64,000 nucleotides of DNA. It comes from Botryllus schlosseri (lineage: Eukaryota). How positions within the stretch are numbered: the stretch's first letter is position 1; the number at the start of each line of letters is the position of its first letter. The notes beneath the pieces are model-generated. The model was not told the DNA's origin. It did no database searches and saw nothing but the letters and a program-made list of their open reading frames with translations. Below, one piece after another: positions 1 through 12,765 of this stretch. The position numbers and the translations under genes were made by a program. Location of the stretch: NCBI GenBank assembly GCA_051294905.1, contig CM119374.1, positions 20,584,001-20,648,000 of the forward strand, written 5' to 3'.

Positions 1-1412
1 CATTTTAAGACATACCATACATCATAATGTCAACACCAGTTCCATGCAAAGGATTCCAGCAAATGCAGAAACAACTTTTTTCTCGAAAATGCAATTTTGT
101 CGATTCATCAGAAATATTACAAAATGATTACTGCTACGTCAAACACTTTTGATGAAGTTCAAAGCCACCTATTGGGATGTAGACCTATCTTCTACACAGG
201 TTGTATTTATTTACAAGCAATCATGACGGATGATCGAATGAGTATGAGCAGAAAATGAATATCTCCAAAAAACAGATCCTCACGGGCAAAACTGGAATGG
301 CAACTCTGGTAGTTGAAAACCGATAATTCACAAATTTGCATCAAGAAGTCACCACATAACATTCACAGTTGACAATCAGCGATGCCTGGTTCGAATAGTC
401 TCATATTTTGGTGTCTCATCAGATAACACACCTACATACATAGGCCTACTACTGATCAGTACAATCATTGCTCATTGTAACTATGTTGGCAAAGACTAAA
501 AATTTTCTGAAAGCTATTATGAAAAAATTATGACAAGAGCAGTGCAGTACAGCAGAGAGACTCGGTAATCAACTCTATAGGACAAGCTGTTTTCAATGTT
601 GACAGCAAGATTACAATGAAATTTACCAACAGATTACTGTATATAAAATTACAAAAATGACCATTCCAAAAGAACAACATAGAAAAAAAAAGAATCTGGA
701 AATTTCAAGTTACAAATATCAATCGTGTCAGGTGTCACAGTACTAAGACCTGTCACCATCCTATGGAAGGTTTCACACACACCATGCCTAGGTGAAATAC
801 ATTGCAATACAGATCACAGCTACATCCACGCCCCAGTAGACATTAGCTATGTTATTGAAAGATTGAATCAGAATTTGTGCTCACTAACTAAATGGTTAGT
901 CAAGAAGTCACTCTTGACTTCGGAAAGTTGAAAATTTGAATGTGATTTGAATCATCAATAAAGAATCAGTATGGTAGAATACCGAAGCATATCCTTTGTA
1001 GTTTCAAGTTGGTCCGGGCTAGCCGGGATCAATAAGATTAGACCCAATGGTAGTACCTAGTATGCGAGCTGAAATTTTTCATTAAAAATAAATTGCATGT
1101 GTTATACATTCTTATTTTCTAATAAATTTGTTTTTCATTCGTTCGGTCGTATGAGATATCTGATTGTGGGTCGCACAAGAAAACTTGGTTTAAAAGTGGT
1201 TCGCTAACTGAAGAAGGTTGGGATGCACCGATCTATAAACATTATCATTACCGGTATCAAGAAAAGAAAATTTCAGAGCGGCAAAATAGTTTCAACCAGT
1301 GAATTTACGCAACATTTAACGAATTTCACAACACATAAACATATTGTAACACACGATAATACTGCAAAGAAGTCAGGAGACGCACAGTACGAGACATTGA
1401 TCGCAGCTGACT

Positions 1413-2669
1413 TCAACTGGCATCCGCTTCCGACTTATATTCCTCGTGACGTTCAGTGTTTTGAAACGCGACGACGTGCACTTCTTCTTTAGTTCGATCT
1501 GCTTCCGGCAAGTTCACGACCTGCGACGTCATTTCACCGCTGGAAATATCATCCTTACCGGGTGCGTCCATACCAGGCATAACACAATGCTGACGCACCA
1601 TGTCGCAGACGCCTCCGGCTTTTGAATCAATATTGAAAATATATACATATCCATCGTAGCACGCTGCGAATATATACGGCACCTTCTGTATGCTTACAAT
1701 TGCACATATGCTTTTTACCCCGAGAATAGGTAATTTAGCAGTAGCGAAAGCACGGTCTTGGTTTAGGACGCTGGATACTTGTGTCGGAAGATAACTAGCA
1801 GACACAGAAACTACTTTATTAAAATATCCCATCCAGCTGCCATTATCATCGGCAGTCGCCATCTCCTTTTCAGAAGCATCCACGAGTTTAAAAATGTGAA
1901 TCGTTTCCGTATTGCTAGACACGCACAGAAAAGTTGATTCCCTGCTGAAAGCGAGGCACGATATCTCAACGCACCTTTTCAGTCCACGCCTCAAATCAAA
2001 CAACGGCTGACCATCAGGGATTGAAAAAACACGTATGACGGTACCCTTCACAGAAGCCGTCGCTAATTTGGTACCCATCAAATCGAATACAAACTGCGCC
2101 AAAGGCCCGTTATGTGCCGAAATATTGACGACAGCTTTGTAATTCGTGATATCAAACACTTGGACCTCTCCGGTTAAAGCACTGCCCGGATAAGCCAAGT
2201 ACGCGGTTTCGTTGTTAGTACTGATGGCACACAGGCCTTTTGGATTCAACGGTGTATCGCGTATCGTGTGCATGAGACTCATGTCTTTAGAGCTGTAAAT
2301 GTACATGCAATCTTCTAGAAGAACCACTAACCGTTGTCGGTTGATTCGAACTGCCAGTATCTGATTGAAGTAACTTTTTGTACAAATCTCGGTGCCTTTT
2401 TTGAAGTAGCACACTTTCAATGTCCTTGGAGAGCTCATACTTACAATCGCGACAAGGCTACTGGAATAAAGTCTTTCTATGATGTATACATCCTTGGTCT
2501 CTCCCTCGTTATCGTACATGGTATCCAAATCCTCGATCGTTGTGAGATCGTATAGGGTGAATCCGGACTTGGTTCCGACATGCAGGCAGGAATGGTCTTG
2601 GTTAAAGCTGACGAACAGGACTTCCGCAGTGCCGCTCGCAGATTCTTGCACACCGACAGGGCTTGACAT
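1413..2669 (-). CDS. WIPI2: WD-repeat phosphoinositide-interacting protein 2 / Atg18 PROPPIN, single coding exon, 418 aa
   Basis: Uninterrupted ORF with WIPI1/2 signatures: VLFVSFNQD, YIIERLYSSSLVAIVS, KKGTEIC, ILAVRINRQRLVVLLE, TKLATASVKGTVIRVFS, (F/L)RRG site LRRG, SSNTETIHIFKL, QDRAFAT. WIPI2 versus WIPI1 is not fully resolvable by eye. Confidence 0.93.
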   Translation of the reverse strand: MSSPVGVQESASGTAEVLFVSFNQDHSCLHVGTKSGFTLYDLTTIEDLDTMYDNEGETKDVYIIERLYSSSLVAIVSMSSPRTLKVCYFKKGTEICTKSYFNQILAVRINRQRLVVLLEDCMYIYSSKDMSLMHTIRDTPLNPKGLCAISTNNETAYLAYPGSALTGEVQVFDITNYKAVVNISAHNGPLAQFVFDLMGTKLATASVKGTVIRVFSIPDGQPLFDLRRGLKRCVEISCLAFSRESTFLCVSSNTETIHIFKLVDASEKEMATADDNGSWMGYFNKVVSVSASYLPTQVSSVLNQDRAFATAKLPILGVKSICAIVSIQKVPYIFAACYDGYVYIFNIDSKAGGVCDMVRQHCVMPGMDAPGKDDISSGEMTSQVVNLPEADRTKEEVHVVAFQNTERHEEYKSEADAS

Positions 2670-3129
2670 TTGTCTTATTTTTCGAGTAACGTAATCTATA
2701 TACGTGAACTGTCAGAAGGCAGAAGTTGAATAAAAATAATTGTGAAATAGGTCGGCCTAAGCCAGACTGGAATCAGTGGTTGTTTTCGTCAATAAGCTGC
2801 GCGTGACAGCAGGGTTTCTTCCATAGAATAATTAAAGAATTGAATGAGAAGTTGCGCGTGACGTTTGCCACCAATTCCACTCTGGGGCCTAAGTGCCTTT
2901 TGAGTTGACTACAAGAAGGAGGAAACTATACATGCTTGCAATAAGAAATAGAATGAAATAGAAAATAGAATAGAAATGCTAGCAATAGAAAATACATACA
3001 ATGAGTAATCTAAAATTAGTAATCAATATGAAATGAACTAATTTGCATCCACAAATTCAACATAAGTTTCATTCATAAAACCGATATTCGTTAGCTCAGG
3101 ACAGGACCAAACACGATCTTCTAAGACAA

Positions 3130-3240
3130 ATGGCCAGAACAAAGTCGTGCGTCGCGCAACGTTGTATCAATGCATTATATGTACAATTCAAATTCCCTTC
3201 CGGGCCGAAATTAATAAAACGTCGCAATGAATTGAGTTAA
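3130..3240 (+). pseudogene. Possible decayed THAP zinc-finger N-terminus (MARTKSCVAQRCIN...FKFP...KRRNE*)
   Basis: C-x4-C-x-N near the Met, then FKFP and RR, as at the start of THAP domains. The frame stops where the conserved Trp is expected. Confidence 0.35.
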
Positions 3241-3756
3241 ACCGGAACGACATCAATGACCGACGCAAAGTTGCATGGGTAATAATAGCTGCGCCTGCAA
3301 TATCTGGGTCATGTGTATACCATAATACTTGCTATCACTGTCACTGGTGCCCTGGCGGCTGGTGCTAGGCTCTGAACGTGTCCCCCTCCTCCTCCCGCCG
3401 GGCCGGGCCGGGTGCTGGGCTGCTGGGTGTCTCAGGTCTCCAGTTGTTGATTGACAGGTATATACAACATATCACGAGGGACTCGCCAGATGGCAGCACG
3501 AAGCCGATTCGCTAACGATTCATGTAATTTTGATGTCGCTCGGTTCGGATGATGTATTTCGAATAGAATGTAGCCTTTCGAATACCGAAGCAGATCGAAA
3601 CGAGACAACCGGAAACAAATGTCTTGATGAATGTCCCTACTCTTCTTATTAGATGTTTAAAATCAAAGGTTCGGGAAGTAGTCAAGTGAACTTCATACTT
3701 CAGGCATTCAATCTATAGATAACTAACCTACCGCAGGTTAGTTATCTATAGACTAC

Positions 3757-4095
3757 CAGAGATGAGCGGATTTGAAATTTCTATGTCCTAATCCAATCCA
3801 AATCCGAACCTTCAAATCCAAATCCTAATCCTAATCCATAACTTTTCATATTCAAGTCCATGTCCAATCCTAATCCGATTCCAACTGGAAAAAATACTAA
3901 TTTATGCAATGGACGGATTTGAAAATTTTCTTTCACAACCAACGATTCACTTGATTCAAGATAACTTAGCAACCATAATTACGTTAATAACTGATCTGAA
4001 TAAAGTTTGTCACCATTCGCCCACGACATTTCAATCTCCCAGAAAATAGGTAAATCCAAATCCTAATCCGTTCTGAAAGGTCAACTGCATCTCTA
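3757..4095. mobile_element. Non-autonomous hAT-like MITE with AATCC(A/T) subterminal repeats
   Basis: Ends CAGAGATG / CATCTCTA; flanks TAGACTAC / TAGACAAC (7/8 TSD). A shorter inverted derivative lies at ~6692-6803. Confidence 0.7.
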
Positions 4096-6092
4096 TAGAC
4101 AACTTTGCGGAATCATGTTCAGAACTTTATTTTATACCTAAATTACCGACTTTCCGTGTTTCTACTCAATCAGAAATTGCCGTAATTTTGACTGAAAGTC
4201 CCAATATTGGCATGTTTACAGAAAAAGCAGAATGTGCATTGTGACGTCAAGTACATGACATCTCTATTCTCACCACAGCGGATATGTGTGATTGTGTGTT
4301 CGCCAAGACGCTAGGCGAATATTCGAGTTAGTTGTATGGCGAAGGACTCGCTTGTATGGTGTTAAAACTGAATCTGAGTACTTGAATGTAAGTATGAAAT
4401 GCGGACGCGCTTCAGGTGGTGATTCGCTCGATCCCACATCAGTGGAACCCCTATCAGCTTCGTATGATGGGTCGGTTGGTAATCTGTAGTGTGATCAGCG
4501 TAAAAGCTAAATGAAATGCAGTATGGTAGCGGCCTATGTATAATTTGGTGGATTACTTCGTTTCAATTAGGAATCTTGCTACAATCAATCACAGGTGTTA
4601 ATATGGAGGTTGCCAGCTTAAATGCCAACTATCAGGGAGAGTTTGTGCTGACAGAATAAGAGTGAATCACAGCATTACCATGATTTCAATCAGCTTGTTG
4701 GGATGGTGATGCATTGAAGATGTCTTACTATAGATATGAACAGGATTATGGCCACAGAATTATAACATCTAGTTTGATGCATGAGTGAATGAGCCTCATT
4801 AAGATGAAACGGCGAGTCCGTTGCCAAGTAATTTCCTAACACTACACTTTTCAGGAAGCCGAGAAACACTGCACAGGAATTTCGTCCGATTGCTATGGGG
4901 ATTCTGCAGAAAACAACACGGAAAATCCTGCCTGCGCATGTCGTTACTGCCATCCGATCAAAAGTCACATCCAGTAGTTTCAAAGGATTTCAATTTTGAA
5001 ATGCTTCATTGCGCATGAAAATAGTTTTATTGAAAATAGTAAATGCAACAAACTAATCCATCAACACTGCTACTGTATCAGGAAGAGAAACATATCGGGT
5101 TTTGTGTCCAGCAATATCATCATCCGAGCTAATTTTGACGATGCCGCTACTCAAATAAAATTGATGAACTCTGCCGTTCCTGGTCGTGTTTTGACGAGTG
5201 CATTGACTTCTTCATTGCAGTAATCTAGAGAAGGCAAAAAAATATCACAAGGTGTTATAACACAGTCAGATTGAAGGCAGTATTCCTTCTCAAGTATCAT
5301 TAAATAAAGGATTGCAAACTGTATCCTACAATGATGCGTGTGGCTTGTGAATATGGTGAAATCTTATAAGGGTTGTTTTGAACAGTTAACAGAGTACTTT
5401 ACGACGGTTATGGTGATACTGGTACTTTCTCATCTCCGCTGAGCTGCCAACATCTTGAGAGGGACATAGATTACGATATAGTAATGGATCATGGGTATTA
5501 TCGTGTTACTTTTGCTGCTTACATGATAAGTAGGCTTCCTGACTCATAGGCTACAGCTTCATCAGTCTATGATTTTATCAGGGTTGTAGCCAAGTGGCAA
5601 ATTTCCGAGTCACAAGTCATCTCACTTCTATATAGTTTTGGCTCGAGTCGCATCCTTTTCAATTATCCACGGAGTCCATAAAAGCCAGGTTGGAATCCCG
5701 GTACGTTTAGCGCAATATCATTGGTGTTCCAAGGCGGTTTTCGGCGTCACACCTGTGTGCAGTCAGTGGAATCTTTGGTGTGCACGAGACACCTATTCCA
5801 TATTGGCATAAAAGAAGGTCAGCGACGTAACCATCAGGTCATGAAGTCAGCTGGTTACATACTCCCTTTTCAGTAACTAATGCCACTACTTCATTCAATG
5901 AGTGAAGTGGCTTAATTTTAGAATACTTCCACTTCAAAAGTTTTTGAAGGCATATACGGTACCGTACTTAATTCTACATGTATATACTTGAGTGCAAACA
6001 ATAACTACTTTCGTTACTACCACAGTCAATACTAATAGAAACGGTTAGTTACAGTCTTATAGTACTAGCTGACTGAATACATTTTCACTTAC

Positions 6093-6454
6093 CGATTTCG
6101 GACAGTACGTAGCTTTAGAGGAGTACCGGTATTCCTCCGTGAAAATAAAGTGTGGACGGGAGTACATGCGATAGTTGCCTTTGTTCGGTAGTCAACTAGC
6201 TTGTGTATCTCGGATACTTCATTGAAGCAAGATGGTTGGAAGTGATCCGCGCATGAATATGATTCTGTGCGCAATTTTGGTCTTCATGGTGTTCCGCACT
6301 GTTCAGCTAATCAGCTATAGGCGTCCGGTCGGCTGACGGCATATGGCTTGTGAAAGCGATGTAAGGACACTTTGAGTACCGCATATTGCGTATTGTAGCA
6401 GCCATACGCGACATAACGTCTACCTCCATTCCTCATCTTCTTAACAGCTTTCAT
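6093..6454 (-). pseudogene. Pseudogenised THAP-domain exon (probable transposon relic)
   Basis: One frame reads MKAVKKMRNGGRRYVAYGCYN...VSLHRFHK...YS*LA...TP*RP...YSCADHFQPSCF...TPVHTLF. First Cys is Tyr and two TGAs fall at Trp-like positions. Bounded by TTTCAG acceptor (exon start 6461) and CG|GTAAGT donor (6092). Confidence 0.7.
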
Positions 6455-6691
6455 GATCACACTGAAATACTCAAATCCACAGCAACAGGGATAACCTTAT
6501 GCAAACCAGGTATCAAGACTTCTGCTGTGTCAGTTACATGACGTCATTTCATGGCTGAATGGTTTCGTTTCCGTTTTTTGACTTTTCGATTTATAATTTA
6601 AATTACTTGAAAACTATAAGGTATTTTCAATTTTCATTATTTTATTCATATTCCTAACCACATAATGTACGAAATAAGGCAAAGTCATTTT

Positions 6692-6803
6692 TGAGATGCA
6701 GTTGACCTTGAAAAAATTGTCTAATCCAAATCCAATCCAAATCCGACATAATTTCACAAATCCTGTTTTTTCAAAACCTAATCCTAATCCATGCTCATCT
6801 CTG
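6692..6803. mobile_element. Short internally deleted relative of the 3757-4095 MITE
   Basis: Starts GAGATGCAGTTGACC (reverse complement of the 4095 end), ends GCTCATCTCTG (reverse complement of the 3757 end), AATCC repeats inside. Confidence 0.6.
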
Positions 6804-7030
6804 CGGACTACTCGAATCTCAGCGTCACCAGCCATAACAAGTATATACAAAGTTCGACTCGGGGCTGAACCATTATTTCTTCTTACATAATCCTAGAAAT
6901 TGAGAATGCCGTCGGTGCCTTACTTGTTGCCTTCCTGTATTGTTAGTATAGTAGTCTTTGGAGCGACGTCCGACTTACAGAAAGGAAAAGTTCTTATTTT
7001 CAAGTCACTATACCTGAGTGTTGAGTCTCT

Positions 7031-8225
7031 GGCCCGTATTCAGAGACACGTCTCTATCTCAAACTCAAGTCGTGCTCGACGGAGCAAAGGCTGAGTCAAG
7101 CTCGATTCTAGAGATCGTTTGGTATTCGGGTAGGATTTCGAGCGTTGCTCGGTTTCGAGTCTTTACTCGATAGATTAGACAGCTTGATGACTGCTTGCAG
7201 ACGTCTGCGGATTTGTTAATTGCTCGCGATCTGGCAATCCGCCGGTTTGGATGTGATGTTGGTTGCCTAGTATTGCCTTCAATTACGTCAACACTTTATA
7301 CTAGAATTATACGCTGGATGTATAGACGAAATAACACCGCTCAATAGCATGACTATTTGACATACTGTAGTAGCCAAAGCAAATATTTTTAAATAATGAA
7401 ACACCAGACTTCATCCTAAAGTTTTCAGGCATAAGCACAAGCTATTTATTGGATTACTGATGAGGGTATTGGTACCGCGTTGTTGATATTTTCGCCATAC
7501 ACAGGGACGGATGGTTTTATCAACTGTATTGCGATGATCTAACATTGCGTACATTCATAAAGCGCCAGGTCATCTACCATCGTGTATTGCATTTGTACGC
7601 ATCACCGAGGATTCAGTTCTTGCTAGGATTGGAGGATCGCTATTGTAGACAACAGCTTGTGTGTGGTTTTTCAGTAACATTCATCCTCCATTCGTTTCTA
7701 CATGTCTTGATGCTACGTTTTATAATAAGTGATAAAACAGAGCGTTGTGAGGAATTAACCGATTTTGCGAATCCATCGGAAACCTTTCTGATGAAAATGT
7801 CCGCCGATTTGGGAATAGCCTACGCAGCCAACGATGAAGCCATACGGCGCTAAAACATGATTTCCTTCTTATAACGATGCTATATATTACAGTTGAAATT
7901 GTGAATTCATCACCAAACATGCTCACAGCGCAATTTCCGCAATATATTCTGGGCCAAACCGTGAAAAAGGGAATGAGTAAGGCCTTGAGTCTGCCCACAG
8001 CTTGACTCGGAAAAGGCTTGCTCAAACGCCGCATTTCGAGATCGACTCCAACCTCAGATCGTCATTGAATACCATAACCACAAAAGTACAACTCGAAAGA
8101 GCTCCAAGTTCGACTCCAGTCGAACTCAAACTCGTTCTCTCGCTTCGCTTTCTGAATACCGATTCTTACGCAATGTTGACGCAAAATGAGTTTGAGCACT
8201 GAGTAAGGTTTCTTGAATACGGGCC
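7031..8225. mobile_element. PIF/Harbinger-like non-autonomous element
   Basis: 12-bp TIR GGCCCGTATTCA / TGAATACGGGCC, 3-bp TCT on both flanks, inverted subterminal ACTCGA/GAGTC-rich blocks (~7060-7180 and ~7990-8130). Confidence 0.65.
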
Positions 8226-9797
8226 TCTGTCTCTGATAGAGTGATAAGTTGGATGAAAGTTGCAGCCTGAATTCAACAAGACCGGTCTTGTCGTATCCGC
8301 TTAGCCTACTTTTAAAAGTTCTCATTATTTTATTACTTTTCTTCAGAAAAATACCATAGTAGTTGAGTATTATTGTCATTTACTTTTGAATTTTGATTGA
8401 TTGATTTGCCTGAACGATATACATGAATCGGTTTCACGCTCCCTGTTATTTCTTATGGTATGGGGCTAATGCGAAATGCCCTCAAATTGATTTATATAGT
8501 ACCATACTGATGTCTCAGAACGATTCAAGTCTAGACTGTCTTAACTCTAGTATAGTAATCCTCCCATAAATTATGTAATGTTTCATCCAGCAATTTTGTA
8601 AATAATTATGCTACTTACTATAGCAGGGGGCAGGGGTGGGCTGTGGGCAACATACGACCAGGACGGGATTTTAAGTGGCCCGCAGAGAGTTACCCTGAAA
8701 GTGAAATTCTAATTTGAAAGTAGTAACAAACTTTATGTGCCACAGAATGATTCCAAGTTTGCCAACCTTAAAAAGATGGTCCTGAAACTCGTTCAGACAA
8801 GGCTGTGTTCCAATGATAATAAGGGATTCTACATCCGACATGTTTACCAAGTTCAAGGAACTGGTTGAAAACTTCCATCAACCACAGATGTCTGATTGAC
8901 TTCAACAGCTATTGAAGTACATATCTATATGAAAGTGCTCGCATCTATTGCCAAGAGTTGGCTGAAAAGTCTCTGTGCCGCTTGAAATACTTATAAAGTA
9001 TCTTTCTGAATGCATAGAGAAATGGTACGGTCTGGAACAGTATAAGATTACCTTGACTTGAGTAGGCATACTCCCTATTTGTATGCCTGGGAATACTATT
9101 GGCAAACAACTGTTATTGTTGACCCTAGCCCCGCCCCTTTTCAATGCTCCTTGTTCAAATTTGAGCAGTTGCGATGCTGGCAGATCATTAATCTCTAAAC
9201 CGGCAATATGTATCGCGATGGATTGCGTACATTGAACTGAGTGAGTTATTTTTGGACACGGTTGACCTCTGGAAATGGGTTCCAAAATGTATAATCCAAA
9301 GAAAGGGAGTGAAGACTCTAATCATGTGCCTGTAATGCGTATGTGGCAATCAGTACGAGTTTTGTCCAGGCAAGAGTTAACATGGATTCTTGTTGATAAT
9401 ATTATTTTGCATCTCAACAACATGCAGCCTTTCAGCAGGCTCGGTAGGCCTACTACTTCAATCAGGTTTTGTCAAATGAGCCTATTAGTCGGGGTACCGT
9501 TTGCTTTGCATTTATGGAATGTATACATGCGGGAATCATAGCTTAGGAGCAGATAGTCAGTTACAATACCATAGCATTGTTAGAACTAATAGGTTAACTA
9601 TAGTGTTTTGAGGATTGCCGATTTTCAATATGCAGTTACAGAATTATAGCTCTGCATGAATTTTTTATCTTCTACAAGTAGTTAGCAGACACCTACAATA
9701 CCTGCGTATTAATTAGAGTATTTCATGCTCATTTTCAGGACATTGGCCAGAGCAGGCTTACTTTTATATATAACGTAACTTTGCAGCTCTTTACAAC

Positions 9798-11492
9798 ATG
9801 ACATCTGACGACATCGCAAAAAAGCTTGGTGAACTTTTTGACTTTGTAACGACCAACGCCAGATTATTATCGCAAAAAATCGACGAAAGTTGCAATGGAT
9901 TACGACCATGGGAGATCATATTTTACACGGTCACAACCACGATGGTGATACTCGCCACAAAATCGTTTTTGTTCAAACGCGATCAAAGCTTGTATCAGAG
10001 ATCGAAAAAGACATTTTTTCGGTACGTGAAACGTATGCCTGTCATTCGCGGAATTATCAAGAAAGAGTTGGGTAAAGTCAAAGAGTTCCTTTCCGCCGAT
10101 AAGCTCTTCAAAATGAAGCCCGGCATGACATACCGAATGCAACTACCTCGACAAGGCTTCACAAGGTCTCAAATCTTGAAAGAAGTCGACGATTACGTTA
10201 GCATGGACCATCCATGGCAGAACGGTAGCGTGTCTGGCGCAGTGTACTACGGTGACCCAGAGCTCACCGAGACAGTTAGCCATGTTTTCAAGAAATTCAC
10301 ATGGTCCAACCCATTACACCCCGATTTATTTCCAGGGCTGCGCAAAATGGAGGCAGAAGTGGCCAGGATGACATGTGACTTGTTCCACGGCGACCCTATC
10401 GAGTCTTCGGGGTCAGTCACTTCGGGCGGTACCGAAAGTATCTTGCTGGCTATAAAAGCTTACCGCGATTGGGCCTATGACAACGGTGTCGAATACCCGG
10501 AGATGATTTGTCCGGTTAGCGCCCACGCTGCTTTTGAAAAGGGGGCCCATTACTTCCGCATCAAGTTGATACAAATTCCTCTCGATCCCAAAACGTACAA
10601 AGTAGACGTTAAAAAGATGAAACGCGCCATCAATAAAAACACATGCATGCTAGTAGGCTCTGCGCCACAATTTCCGCACGGTATAATCGACCCGATTGAA
10701 GAGATTTCAGCTCTAGGCTTGAAATACGGAGTCCCTGTCCATGTAGACGCATGCCTGGGTGGATTTCTGATTGCTTTCATGGACGACGCCGGTTTTCCAC
10801 TGAGACCATTCGATTTCAGACTGCCTGGTGTCACTAGTATTTCAGCGGATACTCATAAGTATGGATTTGCGCCTAAAGGAACGTCATGTGTTTTGTATTC
10901 ATCTGCCAAGTGGCGTAAATACCAGTATTTTGTGACACCAGACTGGCAAGGTGGCATGTACGCTACACCTACGTTAGGTGGTAGCCGTACTGGGACTGTG
11001 ATAGCTGCATGCTGGGCTAGCATGATGAAATTCGGTCGTCAGGGCTACGTGGATTGTACTAGGAAGATCGTAAAAGCTCAAACGTACATCACACAGGAGT
11101 TGCGTAAGATTGAGAATATCTATGTTTTCGGCGAACCGCAAGTTAGCGTTGTCGCTATCGGTAGTTTGGACTTTGATATCTTCTTACTATCATCGGCGCT
11201 GGTGAAAGCAGGCTGGAATTTAAACGCGTTGCAATTCCCGTCTGCTATACATCTGTGTTGTACGATGCTGCATACTGAGCCGGGCGTCGCTGACCGGTTT
11301 GTTTCCGACACTAGAAAATGTGTGGAAGAGATTATGATGCAGCCGAAAAAGAAGAATACCGGCTCCGCTGCTATGTACGGCATGGCGCAAACGATACCGG
11401 ACAGGTCCTTGGTGTCAGAATTAACCACGGCATACTTGGACGCGATCTATGACACGTCTGGAAGTGGTCAAGCGAAGCAAAACGGACACTAA
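9798..11492 (+). CDS. SGPL1: Sphingosine-1-phosphate lyase (PLP-dependent), single coding exon, 564 aa
   Basis: N-terminal membrane anchor ([18 protein letters not shown]), [46 protein letters not shown]-lysine motif [24 protein letters not shown] at 11508-11513. Confidence 0.97.
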   Translation: MTSDDIAKKLGELFDFVTTNARLLSQKIDESCNGLRPWEIIFYTVTTTMVILATKSFLFKRDQSLYQRSKKTFFRYVKRMPVIRGIIKKELGKVKEFLSADKLFKMKPGMTYRMQLPRQGFTRSQILKEVDDYVSMDHPWQNGSVSGAVYYGDPELTETVSHVFKKFTWSNPLHPDLFPGLRKMEAEVARMTCDLFHGDPIESSGSVTSGGTESILLAIKAYRDWAYDNGVEYPEMICPVSAHAAFEKGAHYFRIKLIQIPLDPKTYKVDVKKMKRAINKNTCMLVGSAPQFPHGIIDPIEEISALGLKYGVPVHVDACLGGFLIAFMDDAGFPLRPFDFRLPGVTSISADTHKYGFAPKGTSCVLYSSAKWRKYQYFVTPDWQGGMYATPTLGGSRTGTVIAACWASMMKFGRQGYVDCTRKIVKAQTYITQELRKIENIYVFGEPQVSVVAIGSLDFDIFLLSSALVKAGWNLNALQFPSAIHLCCTMLHTEPGVADRFVSDTRKCVEEIMMQPKKKNTGSAAMYGMAQTIPDRSLVSELTTAYLDAIYDTSGSGQAKQNGH

Positions 11493-12765
11493 ATCAGCTG
11501 TGGTTGAAATAAAATTATGCAGATCGTTATTTTTCTTCAAGTTTTAGTAAAATTTAAAGGCTTAATTCTAGTACTTATAATTTATCAGCTGATTAGCAAC
11601 GACAAAGAAACCCAATGTAACGAATTTGTAATGGTACTGGCGTAGTCAAAGTCCTGTTGAGTATCGATGGACGTTGCAATATTGATCCGTGGACTTTGAA
11701 CAGTAATGTTATTATGTCGTAGTCACCATTTCTAGTAATATATAACAATAATTATGCCCGAGCTACCTTCTGTGATTCGTTTTAAATGTTTCATTGTTAT
11801 CCGTAACGTGATGTCGTTGCGAAAATTCACTGTCTTGCATTTCTGTTTGGGAAATGGGCGGGATATTAGTAATCATGACGCAGTCGTTTAGGATGGTTAT
11901 AACGATAGGAATGCTCTGATGCAGTATTTGGTTGATATGATTCAATTCTGGCAATGATATTACGCCCGTGTGACAGGACATGAAGCAGCAAAGTTGAACC
12001 TATGCTTCAATGATTATTATAGGCATGACTGTATAGGCCTGACTGTTGGCATTTCCGATAATACATATTTTAGAGATCGGCAAATCATAACCACAAAACT
12101 AAGCCTAGTCCATACAGCTGACACACATTATTATTATAATTCAGTGATTGCAATATGTGTATTCTCTAATATGGTAGGCGAACGGATTCGATATCTGCTA
12201 GTTCCCATTCTTGTCTGGCGTCAACTCGCACACCTGTTGGCCACTCAGCGTTACCCTAGCAACGAGATCTCAACTGAACCACAGGTATATCCAACCACAA
12301 GTACTAGAAATTCACGAGTCCCAAACACAAAGGCATCTTGTATTGCAATTTTACGTCACAACAGAGACACTGGAGGATCAGACGAACACAACTGAAATCA
12401 CAAGGCTATATGCGTGGTTACAGCCGAACATATTGATATTCAACAGCTTGTATATTGACCTAAAACTATCAACAGTTTACAGCGTATTGTCTTGACATCT
12501 CGATGATTACTCAGCATCACTGTTATTCAGCACCAACACTACATTGGGAGGAATTGTGATTGCATGTACGTACAGTACACTCTACTTTCTATTATGGTCT
12601 AGTAGAATAATGCATAAATTACTGTAAAGCACTCATCGATTTTATTTCATTGCATAGACAAAAAAATGAAGTAATTTGGTGCTATGTCACTTGCAGGAAC
12701 ACACCATAAAATACCTAATCAGTTAGCACATGACATTCCATAAAAGAGATCCTTCATAGTTCATA

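Noticed and set aside
1223-2694. Plus-strand ORFs overlapping WIPI2 (likewise minus-strand ORFs inside SGPL1)
   Set aside because: Antisense shadow frames of real genes with no motifs of their own.
3781-3972. Gly/Leu-rich ORFs (GLGLGFGF), also at 6614-6890
   Set aside because: Translation of the AATCC subterminal repeats of MITEs.
5040-5230. LINE ORF1-like or transposase fragment on the - strand (RVHQFYLSSGIVKI)
   Set aside because: Short, frameshifted and compatible with several families; cannot be assigned by eye.
11763-12395. ORFs between SGPL1 and H6PD as the missing 6PGL domain or a new gene
   Set aside because: No 6PGL motifs and no recognisable homology; they lie beyond both genes' poly(A) signals.
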